From NCBI RefSeq assembly GCF_004010195.1, contig NC_057719.1, positions 21,857,895 to 21,921,894 of the forward strand: a stretch of 64,000 bases of DNA, given 5' to 3'. Shown one piece after another: positions 24,711 to 38,552 of this stretch. The stretch is from Chiloscyllium plagiosum (taxonomy: Eukaryota). The first letter of the stretch is position 1. Each line of letters opens with the position of its first letter. The position numbers and the translations under genes were made by a program. The notes under the pieces are model-generated. The model had not been told where the DNA came from. It searched no databases and saw nothing but the letters and a program-made list of their open reading frames with translations.

Positions 24711-26509
24711 AATAGAGTATGGAATAATGGCAGACATAGTCTGTGCCTCAGGCACAACAGAGCATCAAGCCTGTGGTAGTGGTCCTGGAGCAACTTGCAG
24801 GTAATTGACCTATTTACATCCTGAACTCTTAGAGTGGAATCACTCCAAAAATTATAACACAACAGTTCTCATTGGAGATGGACTTTAGAATTCTGACAAA
24901 TAGCAACATGGAATTTGATGTCAATACACTGAACTGGCTTGCTGGGTTTTCTGGGTGTCTGTATTGTATGCACTTCCTTGTGTAATTGGACTGTCCCATA
25001 TGTACAAATGTCGTTGTTACTGTTTGTAATGCTTGAAACTGGGATTTGAGGTTTGTCCTCATTTCCCTGAAAACTGGTTGAATGTCGGGGTTTGGAGCTT
25101 GGCTTTGCCATTCCTCTGCCTTGTAAAATTGTTGTTTCTCTGTATACAGCTGTAAAGTTATTTGTTTTGTAAACTGTGAATTGTTTAATAAAATATAAAC
25201 AAGAGAAAAAAAACACTGAACTGGATTATGTGCTTGGGTTCAGAGGCGGGGGCTTGTATATTTAGTCGTGAGCCTACCTGATGCCCGGCCACCAAGCACC
25301 AAGCTGTCTTCAGTTTTCTGTGAGTAACTGGAGGCATTAGCAACTGCACCTCCCCCTCACCATCCCTAGATTTACTGAGGTCCTTAAGTGGCTTATTAAT
25401 GGCCACTTCAGAGCCTCATCGCTTGTGCTGCCATTACATTCCCCACAAGGTTGGAGACACATGTAATGACGGAAGCCTGACAACTTTAACTGCGTGGGCT
25501 AATGTTTAGCCAAGGGTAGGGTGCTACATTTATAGGACCCCTGGGCCAATTGGAGGCATCCTCCCCATCAAGGTCATCACCGCAATCCCATTAATCTCTC
25601 CACTGGCTTCTTGAATCAGTTCCACCTCTCGTTTGCACACCTCTTGCCAAACTTACCTGTGCTCCTCAGCATGGTGGGAGTTCCTGAAATCCCAGCAGTG
25701 GTTGTAGAACTACAGAAATGTTGTCCACCTGATCAACATTTCTGAGATGGAACTTCTTCATGAAGATAGGGTTGAAATCCCGCCTTAAGGAAATTAGTGC
25801 AGGGCAGCCATTAGGATCATGGGCAGCAGTCTCTCCCACCCAACACTCTTGACAGAGATTGGTTGCCTTCCAAACCCAATCCTTTGATTGCATAGCAGAT
25901 ATTTGGAAGATCGAATTTAATGGAGAACCATGTGAAGTTATATATTTTGCATTGTAAAGTTGAACAGGGAAGTATATCCAAATTATAATATTTTAAATAA
26001 AGAAATGCTTGGGGATGAAAACTCAAACTGAACCTTCAGCTTGCATTCAAGTGCAAGGTGTGGAACAGCAAAAATACAACATTGAGGTTGTGCAAGATTC
26101 TGGATAAACCAATGTCGGTGTCCTATGTATTGTTTTAAATAGCCCCTGTTACAGGAAGGATGAAAAGAAATGGCAAAAATGTCAAACAAATTCACTTAGA
26201 TGTTATCAGAGGGTTGAGGTTGTAGTTATAAAGACAGATTTGATGACTTGTTTTCTTTCATGGAGCTCAGATTTAAGGAAGGCCCAGATGTCAGTTTTCA
26301 TAACAATGAGTGATAGATTTTTTTTATTGAACAGAAAGGCCATGATAAAGACATTAATATAAGATCATTTGAAAAAAAAAGTTGAAAGGTGACCTTAAAA
26401 GATATGTTCACGCAATGTTTACCCTATCTGCCTGGAAAAAAGAGAATGGACTGATAAAGAATTACCAGGGAAACTGCACTAGCACAATTGTACTCTATTC
26501 TTGTCATCA

Positions 26510-26700
26510 GAGAATCATGGAATCCCTACAGTATCAAAGCAAGCCATTCAGCCCATTCAGTCCACACTGAACATCCAAAAAGAATCCTACCCAGACCCAC
26601 ACCTCTACCCTATCCCTGTAATCCTGCATTTCCCGTGGCTAATGCACCTAACCTGTCCATCCCTGGTTACTGTGGACAATTTAGCATGGCCAATCCAATT
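26510..26700 (-). mobile_element. HE1-like SINE 3' part
   Basis: Reverse complement of SINE body and tail. Confidence 0.65.
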
Positions 26701-26719
26701 AACCATTAATTGGTTAACA

Positions 26720-27610
26720 TCTTTGGTTGTCTCTTTCAGCCTTTTCTTAACACGGAGACATGGGTTCTCAGCTAAAGCTGGTGAGGCCCTTCTTTAAATG
26801 TACAAATCAGAGTTGGAAGTCGAAGTACAAGAAGCAGGTTGAAGTATTCAAACTTTCTTTAAAATTTACTTTCTAGCTGCAATGTTCATCCAAACAAGTT
26901 GGGAGGAGAGGGCTCTTAAACCCTGGGACGCCCATTAATGACAATCAATTCTTCAATTCTAACCAGGGATGCTATGACCTCCTATGGCTTTAAGCAATGT
27001 ATTTATCTTGTCTTTTACAAGGAAAGGTTGAGTCACAGGTGATGAGTAGTCTACTCGATGCCAATAAAGTAAACAACTTGTCAGGCCTTAGGTCTTTTTT
27101 TTTTGACGTTAGAACAGTACAAACACCCTTAATGGGTGGCGTTAGGCTCCCACAGAACCAAGATTTAAGTTTTAGCTTTCATCAGCTGCTGGGGTCTTGA
27201 AACCGGATGTGGAAGATTTTATTCCTCTCTCTGTTACAGCTAAAAGCTGGGTTTCTCCTCCTGCTCCTTGAATTGTATGTGAGACGATCTACTTTACTGA
27301 ATTTGCCTTTGTGAAGGGTGCATTTATGGGATTCTACTGTATTGGAACAGTTAATTAGTAGTAGTTAATTTATATTAGTTTATTAAGCATTTTGATAATG
27401 TTACATTTTAGCCAATTCTTTTTTATTTTAATTTTGTCAGTATTTTAACTGTCGCATAAAAATAAATGTGTTTCACTTAAAGTCAAGTAGTTTTGCCAAT
27501 TGAATCGCATCTGGAGCACAATGCTTACACTTCTCTTTAGAATAAAAAAAAGTTAGGTACTAGGCTATCTTTAAATTGTATCTTGAAGGGATTTGTTCTG
27601 GTCCATAACA
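26720..27610 (+). mobile_element. Possible solo LTR
   Basis: AATAAA followed by a terminal ...GGTCCATAACA; left boundary and TSD not resolved. Confidence 0.3.
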
Positions 27611-27779
27611 TCATGTGTTGTCCAAAATAATGTTCCTGCCATTTGGTTTCTCAGCACTTCAGCCAATTTGAGCAAGTCAACTGAAAAACATGGAGATGAG
27701 GCCAAACTTCATTTGTTCAAATGGGTTATCTGGGGATAGGGGTATGTGGAGCTCAGGCCCAATCAGATCAGCCATGTAA

Positions 27780-27920
27780 AACCAAAAGACTGCAGACTCT
27801 GGAGACCTGAAACAAATAATAAAAAAAACTAGAAAGTGCAGAGAAAATCAGCAGGCTTGGCAGCATCTGTGAAGAGGGGAACAGAGTTAACATTTTGAGT
27901 CCTGTGATTCTTCTCCAGAA
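27780..27920 (-). mobile_element. Family E pLTR stub
   Basis: CTGCAGACTCTGGAGACCTGAAAC...GCAGCATCTGTG...GAGTTAACATTTTGAGTC; similar text at 31050-31230, 40830-40940 and 49250-49470. Confidence 0.55.
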
Positions 27921-29048
27921 CCCATGAAATCAGAACTTATTCAGTGATTTTAGTAATTTAATGATTGATAAAGTGGGTTTGAGGGCTGCATGACCTATTC
28001 ATGCTTCAAAGTCATACATATGTGCATATGTTCAACAGATAAAATCAGTCACATGTCTTTACTTTCAGTAAACATCTATGTATAGGCTGCATTATTTTCT
28101 ATACATGTATAATATATGTTAAATATATTAAACTTGTACATGGATATGTATTTTAGACTGTTGCTTTCATACAAAGAATAATAATTCCTATTGAAGAATT
28201 GTAAAGTATTGCATTTGTGATGGTGCAGTTTTGGTATTTCTGTAACCAAGGCAACATTTTTCACAGAATTCAAATCCAATAAAAACAGCCATGTCAGTTG
28301 ACAAGTGCAGTTCAGAATATCCAGTTTCAATTTATGTCTACATGTAATGTACCGTTTTACAGTTGTGGGGTTTATGCTTCACTAATTCATTGCTATTTCA
28401 TATCTGATAAAAGTTCAAAGCTGATTGAAAGGAAAAGGTTACTCACTGTTGTAACCTTTGTTCAATCAACTAAGGGGGAGAAGTGCACGCCCATACACTT
28501 ATGCTCCCAGTTTATTTTAGTGATTGCTCTTGAGAGTTAAGATTACACACTGCATGCATAAATCATACTTGTGGAATGTTAAATTGATTGCAACCCAACC
28601 CACTACCAAACCTTCCCAGGATTAGATGGCGAGAATGGGAGTGACTGAGATGTAAGTGGCAAAAACAAATGAAGGCTGAATCAATGCATGCAATCTTTGT
28701 TGTTTCAAGGATTCCTCCGTAGATTCATCATAATTTCATGGGAAAGAGAGCTTTCACTTTGTCACCATCTCCAGTGTCATTGAAGGAAAGAGCAAAAATC
28801 AGCAGAAGTTTGTTTATACTTCCTGGTTTTTAGCAAAAGGTGCCTTTTTTAGTCACTTGCTTAGCTACAAAGTTCACTTTTTGTAAATGGTGCTCCCAGT
28901 CTAAACATTATTCTTGGTCACAGTGGGATACAATATCCACAATTAGACAGTAATATCAATGAAGGCAAGAATAGAGAATCTCACATTACTGCAAAAAGAG
29001 CTACTGCTGCACCCAGTGAAGGAACCCCCTCAGAACCTATCATATCTA

Positions 29049-29257
29049 GAACATAGAACATAGAACATAGAACATAGAACAATACAGCACAGAACAGGCC
29101 CTTCGGCCCACGATGTTGTGCCGAACTTCTAACCTAGATTAAGTACCCATCCATGTACCTATCCAAATGCCGCTTAAAGGTCGCCAATGACTCCGACTCT
29201 ACCACTCCCACGGGCAGCGCACTCCATGCCCCCACCACTCTCTGGGTAAAGAACCCA
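29049..29257 (-). mobile_element. Young CR1-group LINE 3' end with (AGAACAT)n tail
   Basis: Clean heptamer tandem tail; CpGs retained; 5'-truncated at 29257. Confidence 0.75.
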
Positions 29258-30027
29258 AATTGTAGCTATTTAAAACAGTGGCTTTATTAGCATCCGAAAG
29301 GGTAGCAGTTAAGCATCACGGTCACGTGGGGTTAACGGTAATACAGATCCGATGATTCAATCATTTCCTGGTACATGCTAAGCATGCAGATACACAGATG
29401 CTGAAATTCTTTTGCCTGGCAGGTAAATGACAATGTTAAATGTCATCACTGCTGAGCTTACCATGCTGGCTATAATCATTGGGTAAAGATCTAATGGCCC
29501 AGCATTCTAAAAAGTTTTCTTTGCTCATTTGTGAGGTGTGAATGTCATTGGCCAGGTCCTTTATTGGAGGAGAAAGTGAGGTCTGCAGATGCTGGAGATC
29601 AAAGTTGAAACTTTATTGCTGGAACAGCACAGCAGGGATGCTGCCTGACTTGCTGTGCTGTTCCAGCAATAAAGTTTCAACTTTGATCTCCAGCATCTGC
29701 AGACCTCACTTTCTCCTCCAATAAAGGACCTGGCCAATGACATTCACACCTCACAAATGAGCAAAGAAAACTTTTTAGAATGCTGGGCCATTAGATCTTT
29801 ACCCAATGATTATAGCCAGCATGGTAAGCTCAGCAGTGATGACATTTAACATTGTCATTTACCTGCCAGGCAAAAGAATTTCAGCATCTGTGTATCTGCA
29901 TGCTTAGCATGTACCAGGAAATGATTGAATCATCGGATCTGTATTACCGTTAACCCCACGTGACCGTGATGCTTAACTGCTACCCTTTCGGATGCTAATA
30001 AAGCCACTGTTTTAAATAGCTACAATT
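29258..30027. repeat. 770-bp palindrome (377-bp arms, 16-nt spacer)
   Basis: 29258-29634 is the reverse complement of 29651-30027; mirror ORFs 29542..29724(+) and 29561..29743(-). Confidence 0.95.
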
Positions 30028-31459
30028 ACCTGGATTTGCCTATTTATAACAGGCAGAGTAGCAGAGGACAGTTATAATTGGTCAGGTACTGGCTTTATGT
30101 GCAGCTCAGATTATTCTGTCATTAACAGATAGTAATACAGTACGTGCCATGAGTCAGACATGTACTGCAATATTGTCAGTACCTAGACAAGCAAGATGAA
30201 TAAACTGGCAAATTGCAGTGGAATTGGTTGAAAACTAACAGACTTGAATTTATACATTGCCTTTCACTTCCTGAGGATGCCCCAACACCTTTTAAAGCAT
30301 ACTTCTGATGTCTACTCACTGCTGTAATATAGGAAGTGCAGATTGCACACAAGCTGCTCCCACAAACAGCAATGCGATAATGGCCACATCATCTATTTGT
30401 GATGTTGACTGACAGACTGGCCCAGGACACCTCCCAATATCATGGTGGAATCATTTACGTCCATCTTGAGGTTTGCAGATTTGGTCTCCGTTTGACAGTG
30501 TGGACAGATTTTCTTTTAAATGTTGACACTTCTAAACTTCGGAGTACAAGGAGCACAAAGTGAGCATGCAGCTGCACTAAGCAAGGAATGCAAATGCCCC
30601 GTTAGCCTTTGGTGTAATAGAATTAGAGCATGGGGGAGCTAATGATATAGAAGTAATGCTACTGGACTAGCAACTGAGGCAGCCCAGGACACTACTATGG
30701 GGAATAAACACTAAGCACTGGAGCTTTGAATGAGAGTCATACAGGGCTCAAGATATTAACCTGCTCCCCCTCTCTATACTCCACCAGGTCCAACAGGTTT
30801 ATTTTAAATCACAAGCTTTCAGAGTGCTGCTCCTTCATCAGGTGAAATGACTTGTGTGGTGGAGGCAAGTACAATGGAAGTAAGTTCAGTCAAGGCATGA
30901 ATTATTTCAAGACGATTATTTGAAGAGAAACAACTGGAGGAGAATAGAGAGCCAACATGCACACAATGGGCTTAATGGCCTCCTTCCTTGCCCTAATAAT
31001 TGTGATTGTTTTATTATACGTAGAACCATTCAAATAAAGGCACACTACTACAGCTGCTGGAGATCTGAAATGAAACAAAGTCTGGCAGCATCTGTGGACA
31101 AGGAAACAGAGTTAATGCTCTGAATCCAATGACTCTCCTTTACAAGTCATATTTAGACTTGAAACTTTAACTTCCACTCCACATTTGCTCGAAGACCTCC
31201 TGAGTTTGTCCAGCACTTGCAGCTTCTGTATAGCAGCATTGCAGCTGCGATTTTACGTGTAATTAGGGTAAAGTGATTCCTCTTTCGTTTAAGTAAGACC
31301 TCTCCCTTTCTTTTCCAAAGTCCTTAGGGCTGGAACCCTCAAGACACAAAATTTATTAGGATATGCAACTAATGGTTAGGAACTAGCATGTGAGATCAGA
31401 TAGATAGCTCTTTTCTTGGCTGACACAAATAGGCCAAGTGGTTTCCTCCTGTACGATAA

Positions 31460-31760
31460 ATCATAGAATCCCTACAGTTTGGAAACAGACCATTCGGCCC
31501 ATTGTGCCCACTTAAACCCACCACTCTATCCCATCCCTAACCCTGCATTTCCCAGGGGCTAATTCACCTAGCTTGTACATCCCTAGGCACAATGGGCAAT
31601 TTATTACTGCCAATCCACCTTATCTGCACATTTTTGGATTGGAGGAGGAAGCTGGAGCGTCCAGAGAAAACCCACACAGACATGGGGAGAATGTGCAAAC
31701 TCTACACAGACAGTAGCCCAAGGGTGCAATCGAACCCAGATCCCTGGCGCTATGAGACCA
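31460..31760 (-). mobile_element. HE1-like SINE
   Basis: Reverse complement of the SINE seen at 47616. Confidence 0.8.
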
Positions 31761-32469
31761 TGTTTTATGATTCCCAGACAATCTCTAATGGAACAAAGGC
31801 CAATTCTCCTGCTCATGTCCTGATCTAATTTTGGCAAAAGAAAACGAGTGAATTTGTCATTGATGTAGTTTGTTTGCTAAATTCCTCCTAATAATTTTAA
31901 ATGGTAGATTTTCTGGCAAGAAAAACCTGAAAGTTGTACAGCACCTCAGACTATCCAAAACAGCTTTAGTATTATATCTAAAATGCCATAATTGATCTGG
32001 CAAAAGCAGCAACTTTAAATTCTAGCTACTGTTATATCCTCCAGTTTACCAGCAAATCAGTAATCTTCACAGATGTGCTACATGGATGAGTCACCCTGGA
32101 CTCTCTCCTTACTCATCGAATTTTCCATTGTTCTCTTTATCACCTTATCCAAACTCACTATTAGCACCTCCTTAGGTACAATCTTATACTATCGAAATCA
32201 GCCACTGTTAATTACTGTTGACACAACAGTCTGGAAGTCAGAAAGATTTCAAAACTGTTTGCCTTTGCAGAACATTAATTATACGTGCATCTTGGGCAAA
32301 ACTACTAAATTTGCTCAACATATGACCAGTTAGCATTCTGGGCAATCTTCAAGAAAACAGCATGGACATTCGAGACTACATTTCCTTCCTGACTGGTGTC
32401 AATGGTGACCTGCATTTGGGTGGCAGGAAGCTAAACAAAAGAGCTTGGCCATCTTTAGTTTCGAGAATT

Positions 32470-32550
32470 AGTTTAAACCCCCCCGAAGAGTGCTAGCAAA
32501 CCTACCCCCCAGGATATTGGTGCCCTTCTGGTTCAGGTGCAACCCAACCC
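32470..32550 (-). mobile_element. CR1 ORF1 esterase C-terminal fragment
   Basis: Minus strand translates GLHLNQKGTNILGGRFAS..., an SGNH (D)GLHL-type motif. Confidence 0.6.
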
Positions 32551-33279
32551 GAGCTGCTGTCCTCTTTTGTGACAATCATTGTTTATTAGTTAAATTCTAT
32601 TTCACACCCTTACTGTAGCTTGCAAATCTCTGCAAGCTTTACTCTGTATTGGGAGAATGTAGAACATTTGTCCCCCATGAAAGCAATCTTATTTAGCTCA
32701 AATCCAAAGAACAATTACTTCACAATTGGATTTTGAGTATCTTGACAATGCTGCCCTGTCCCAGTGGTGATGAAACTGCTGTCCATCACATGGAATATGT
32801 TACATTGCTGCACGAACCTTGTGTGACCATTGATTGCAAGACCTAATTATTTGAGGATGTACATGTTGATAAGAAAAAAGTGTTGGATGTTTTGAAAAGC
32901 ATTAAGGTACACTAGTCCCCGGGACCTGATGTAATCTACCCCAGAAAACTGAGAGAGGGGGATAAGGAAATTGCTGAGACCTTGTATGAAATCTTTGTAT
33001 CCTCTTTAGTCACGAGAGAGGATCCAGAGAACTGGAAATAATCAAAAGTTTTCCTTCATTTAAGAATGATAAGAGAGATAATCTGGGAAATTACAGGTCA
33101 GTGAGCCTTATGAAAATGGTAGGACATTATTGGAGAAGATTCTTAGGGACAAGTATTTTACTCACATTTGGGAAAATATTGACTTTTTAGCAAAAGGCAA
33201 CATGGCTTTGTGTGGGAAGGTTTTGTCTCACAGACTTGATTGAGTTTTTTGAGGAAATGACTAAGATGATTGATAAGGT

Positions 33280-34115
33280 CAGTGAAATAACTATCCTGTC
33301 ACGAAGTTGCCTTTTATTTACACATGGAGAGTCCTTGACACTGATCAAGCTCCCTTAGAGCCAGCTCTCAGAGTGAACAGAATGTCTGACATTTTTGTTC
33401 TTCACTGCTAACCAGGGCTCCCTAATTGGACCAGATTAACAGCCCCAGTAAATGAACTCATATTCCATGAGCTGAAAGTGTGTTGCTGGAAAAGCGCAGC
33501 AGGTCAGGCAGCATCCAAGGAGCAGGAGAATCGACGTTTTGTGCATGAGCCCTTCTTCAGGAATGAGGAAAGTGTGCCCAGCAGGCTAAGATAAAAGGTA
33601 GGGAGGAGGGACTTGGGGGAGGGGCGTTGGAAATGCGATAGTTGGAAAGGGTTCCTAGGTGGAAGATGAGGCGCTCTTCCTCCAGCCGTCGTGTTGCTAT
33701 GGTCTGGCGATGGAGGAGTCCAAGGACCTGCATGTCCTTGGGAGTGGGAGGGGGAGTTGAAGTGTTGAGCCACGGGGTGGTTGGGTTGGTTGGTCCGGGT
33801 ATCCCAGAGGTGTAAACCCTCCGGCCTATCACCCTCACCTTAACCCTCCAGCCTATCACCCGCACCTTAACCTCCTTCCACCTATCGCATTTCCAATGCC
33901 CCTCCCCCAAGTCCCTTCTCCCTGCCTTTTATCTTGGCCTGCTGGGCACACTTTCCTCATTCCTGAAGAAGGGGTCATGCTCGAAACATCGATTCTCCTG
34001 CTCCTTGGACGCTGCCTGACCTGCTGCGCTTTTCAGCTCTGATCTCCAGCATCTGCAGTCCTCACTTCCTCCTCATATTCCATGAGGACAACCTGGCTAA
34101 ACTCATTAAAATCGC
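33280..34115. mobile_element. Unclassified, possibly solo-LTR-like insertion hosting a PLE
   Basis: Interrupts the CR1 frame and is itself split at a 15-bp TSD. Confidence 0.4.
33472..34071. mobile_element. Fold-back PLE derivative (inverted pLTRs around endonuclease scraps)
   Basis: TSD CTCATATTCCATGAG at 33457-33471 and 34072-34086; minus-strand AQHFNSPSH and RLEEERLIFHLGTL. Confidence 0.85.
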
Positions 34116-35147
34116 TATGGGCAGGGCGGTGGATGTTGTCTTGATTTTAGCAAGGCTTTTGGCAAGGTTTCTTTCAGGCATTGCCCATTTAACACAAAAG
34201 TTGTAGATCTTCCCCAGCACTGAATCCAGCTTGCTACATCATTAGATGCTTTGAAGAGACTTATGTGCTTATTGAGAGAGGTAAGGAAGGAAAGAAAAGC
34301 TTCAATTTCTTTGGCAACTTTCATTACTGCCAGCTATCTCAAAAACTTTAGAGTTAGTTATGTACTTATTGAAGCATACTATTTGAAGCTGAACATTTCT
34401 GAATTAGTTACACTATTCAGAAAGGCATGGTTCAGTAGGTCCCCATTAGATCCTTCCCTCTGGTTAGAATTCCATGTAACCTAATAACACTCTAATGGAC
34501 ATTCGATTTATTAACTATCTATTTTTTGATTTCACTGCAGTCCAAGTTGAGGGGTACAATTATGATTGTGAGCCAAGTTGGCAAAATCTGAAACCCATAC
34601 CTACAGGAAACAGAAGTTACTGAAAAGCTGATTAATCTGATTGCAAAGCATCATTGTGTCAGGGTGCTTCCACAATGTGTGAATCCCTGTCTAGCAGAAT
34701 CTAGCAGAATCATACTGCATAAAATGAGTTAATTTGACACATTTACCCTGGAGCTGGCCTTTAAAAAGTAGCTGTCCAGTTATTCCCACATGTAATGCTC
34801 TGTCCCCAAATTCCTATCTTTTTTCTTTCATAAGCATCTACCCAACTCACTTTGTAAAGGTTAGTGTTACATTTATTTCAAACACCCTTTCAGGCACCAT
34901 CTTCAAGACCTTAACAACTTGCAGTCTTTAAAGAAAGGTCCTTACCTCTTCCCTGATATTTTCTTTGTTAGCAATTATCTTAAATGTATTCCATGAGGCA
35001 AGTGCTGGGAAAGGAGCTCTGATTTCCTGTACATGATGATGAAACATCATGGGTTGCATGCCTGAAATTTCTTGAAGTGAGCTTGCTGCAGACACCGTTC
35101 CCCACTGAAAACCCAGGATAGGTGAAATATACCTTTCTAAACATCAG

Positions 35148-35525
35148 GTCATAGACAGAGAACACAGGGGGCTAACACCTTCAACATATTGTCTTGCGAT
35201 CACCATTGTTAACAGCTCACCCGAGAATGCAACTTTTAAAAAAAGGTTTTGTGACTTACACATGAAAGAAATGAAACTATCACTGTATTCTAACAGATGA
35301 AAGGCTTAACAGAAAATCAATGTTTCAATGTATAATTTCAGTTACATCACGCTGTAAATTTTTGCTATAAATTCTGTGTTACGATCGAGCCCTCCACTAT
35401 CTCCTGATGAAAGAGCGTTGCTCCGAAAGCTAATGTGCTTCCAATTAAACCTGTTGGACTATAACCTGGTGTTGTGTGATTTTTAACTTTGTGCACCCCA
35501 ATCCAACACCGGAATCTCCAAATCA
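35148..35525 (+). mobile_element. Family B PLE 3' end/pLTR
   Basis: Contains CTGATGAAAGAGCgttGCTCCGAAAGCTA at 35404-35432. Confidence 0.78.
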
Positions 35526-38500
35526 TTGTATTTCTCTGTGAAGCAAAGGGCAGACTGGAATTATCTGAAAGACATCTCAAGATGTTTTAGCTGCAATGCT
35601 TTCCTTCCTGATAAATAATTGGGGTGTTGTTTTTATATATTGTTTTCTTTGAATTATACAAAATAAATGTCTTTCATTTTCCAACCAACAAACAGAATTT
35701 TTTATTGAACAAACCTAAATCAAAATAATTATAGACTGCCGCGTATTGTAAAGGGGAAAGTTAATGCCTGCCATTGCTTTGTAATGCATCTTTGTTGTGT
35801 TTATTTCAAAATGATTGACGTGATTAATGCCATATGCCACACTTTGCATTGAGTCACGCAGACAATAGAGGTCTAAGTGATATTATGCTGTTCCCAATTG
35901 TGCGACAATGAGAATCAGCCACTACTGTGGAATTGATGTGTTCCCCTCTAACCCCTCACCTCCCTCACTTCCAGTCGACCATCAACTAGACCAGTGAAAC
36001 ACATTAAACTCTTAAATAAAAAAAGTAAGATCTGCATGAACACGCGAAGGGCTTCTGAACTTTGGGTGAACTAAACCCTTCCCTCAGTCAACAACTTCAG
36101 AAGAGTGAAAATAGATTGTTGTTTGGGTGCAGAGTTGAATGCACTTGCATGAGAAAAATCATTGAACACTCATCCAAACTGTTAGAAACAGTGAGAGACT
36201 TGCATCGGCAGCATTCTTATTGGCTCAGGAAACTATGGATTCAAGACACGATACAGAAAATACAAACCAAATTGTTACTTTAGTGCAATACACAAGAGGG
36301 CACATCCTTTAGATGAATCATTGCACTGTCTGTATTCTGAGGTGAATCCTATATATTCATTTTGATTAAAAGAAAAGTGGACTTCTCTATATACTTATTC
36401 TTAAATCAACTCCACTTAAACAAATTATGTCATTATTAACATTGTGCCATTTGTGGGAGTTGGCTGTTGTTTCCTATATTACATTAGTTAGTACACTTTG
36501 AAAAGTACTCCATTGGCTATAAAGTGCTCTTGGATATTCTGAGGTCACCAAAAATGCTGTGTAAGTTTGAGATTTTGTTATAAACATACCAAATGTTTTG
36601 GCAATTAATGAGAGAACAGTGACAGGATTGCAGTTATTGCAGGTAGAACGTTCTAGTCGTGTAGAGTGGCTGAGTGTGAAAAGGTCATCGATGCAAGATC
36701 ATTTATCTCGGTCTATATATCACTGAGACTCACTTTTCCTGATTTAGTAAAGCCTATGTGGAGTCAGAGAAAAGTAAACAAACTGCAGAAGGTGTTAAAA
36801 GTGTGAGAGATCTGTAAGCATGGGGCAAACATTGTAAAACACTGTGAATAAAACCTGCTACACGCATAGAAACTTGTATTATCTCTGCATATTGCCAAGG
36901 CATTAAATACAGCACAGTAGTATACGGTGGTCTGTTTACATTGGTTAACTGAAAAGGTTTACATAGTGGTGGTTTGAAAGAAGTATTGATTCAGAATCTT
37001 TTGACAGTCAGAATTTGTTTTAGTTATAATGGGGATGTTCATAAATGAAAGAAACACTGCATAGTTTAACCTTCTTATTAATATCAAAATAAAGTTATAC
37101 TAAGAAGAGAGGGTTTCATCATTGGCAATGCTGGTCAAAAACAAGCAATTGGCATTATGAGATTGTGTATAGTCTGCTTTCTCTTTCACCAACTATATGA
37201 CAGCTTGGCTTGTACTTAATGCAGCTTAAAGTACTCTTTGAGAAGTGGTGTACAAGATTACAAATGTTCCATGTGGTTACCATTTACCAGCATAGATGCC
37301 GCAGGCTCCTTCTTTTGAAAAATGAAACATAATTATGGAATTTTATTTGAGGATTACATAAGTTAAACAATGATAGAGTTTAGCCTGACCAGAATTCGCA
37401 TTAAGTAATCGTGAATGGAAAATATTGCATTATGTATTTTTCTCTGGCCAATCTATGTTGCCAGTGAGCAAGGATCCATATCAGTAGGATGTAAGTGCAA
37501 AATTGACTGTATTAACTTTAGGTTTTTCGAGGGCTGAATTTCCAAGCTTGCTTTATTTTTAGCAGGTCATTTATTTTTAGGTTTGCCCAGACGTATAACA
37601 ATAAGATTTAAAAATTTCTGCTGAGACCAACAAACAATGAGAAATTCCAAGATACATGATTACCTCCAAATGTTTCCAGATTGTGCATAAACAATATAAA
37701 GCTGATTATTAAAAAAAATTCTGTTCAACAGTTTTTTCACTTCACTGATATTTTGCATTCTTCACAGTTTTTTAGGGTTTTAACACTATATATTTCACTT
37801 AAATCCAGAGATTTCAATTCTAATGCATATGCTCCAGAATATCAGCAAACACAGCGTATGATTTATCACAACAAGAGTCAAAAGTCCTGCATATGGCAAT
37901 TTCTAGTGGTGATTCTTTCCTTTTAATTCCTTTCTTGTAATTGTGGGTCTCATGTCAGGTCCACATCAAAAGATAATGGTCAGATAAGATTTCTTTTAAC
38001 AGCTTTTATTAGCACAGGGTTAGTCTATGTGTAACATACAAGATATGATTATCTTTGAATATGTAATACATAATGGTCAGTTTCTGAAACTAAAGAGCTT
38101 TTTAATTAAGGAGCATTTTTGGTTTGTTTCTGTATTAATAATTAAGGAACTCCAAAGTTTTTAAGAGCAAGAAACAGGGGTGTATTCCGAAAAGACTCAG
38201 TCTTTAATGTAGTTTTATAGACGGAACATAAATCATTAGCAAAGCAAAAGTAGATGGTAAATAAAATGTTTCCATTATTAAAAGTCGATGTGGGAAAATG
38301 ATACTGTTCGCTGATTGGAGTCATACCTGGCATCCGTCAAGTGGCAAATAACATTGTTGCCGCACAATTGCTTGAGAATGATTATCACCAACAAGAGAGA
38401 ATCTGCACAATGCACTTGACATTCAGTGGTATCATCATCACTGAGTTCCTCCATTATCAACATCCTGGAGTTACCATTTACAAGAAACTGCACTAGATAT

Positions 38501-38552
38501 TGGTACTGTGGCTACAAGAGCAGGTCAGTTGCTAGGAGACATGCAGTGAGTG

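Larger units (their letters stand above)
32850..34170 (+). mobile_element. Old CR1 RT remnant, interrupted 33280-34115
   Basis: SPGPD..YP, NYR.VSL, EFFEEMTKMIDK | GRAVDVV..DFSKAF.KV joins across the insertion. Confidence 0.75.

Noticed and set aside
24710..25215. 3'UTR-like stretch ending in AATAAA and an A-rich run
   Set aside because: No upstream coding exon or TSD identified; cannot distinguish a gene end from a retroposed tail or chance.
25380..25420. Short palindrome AAGTGGCTTATTAATGGCCACTT
   Set aside because: Probably the core of an old MITE-like repeat; boundaries and TIRs could not be defined.
29049..29085. (AGAACAT)n short repeats
   Set aside because: LINE 3' tail with no spacers; not CRISPR.
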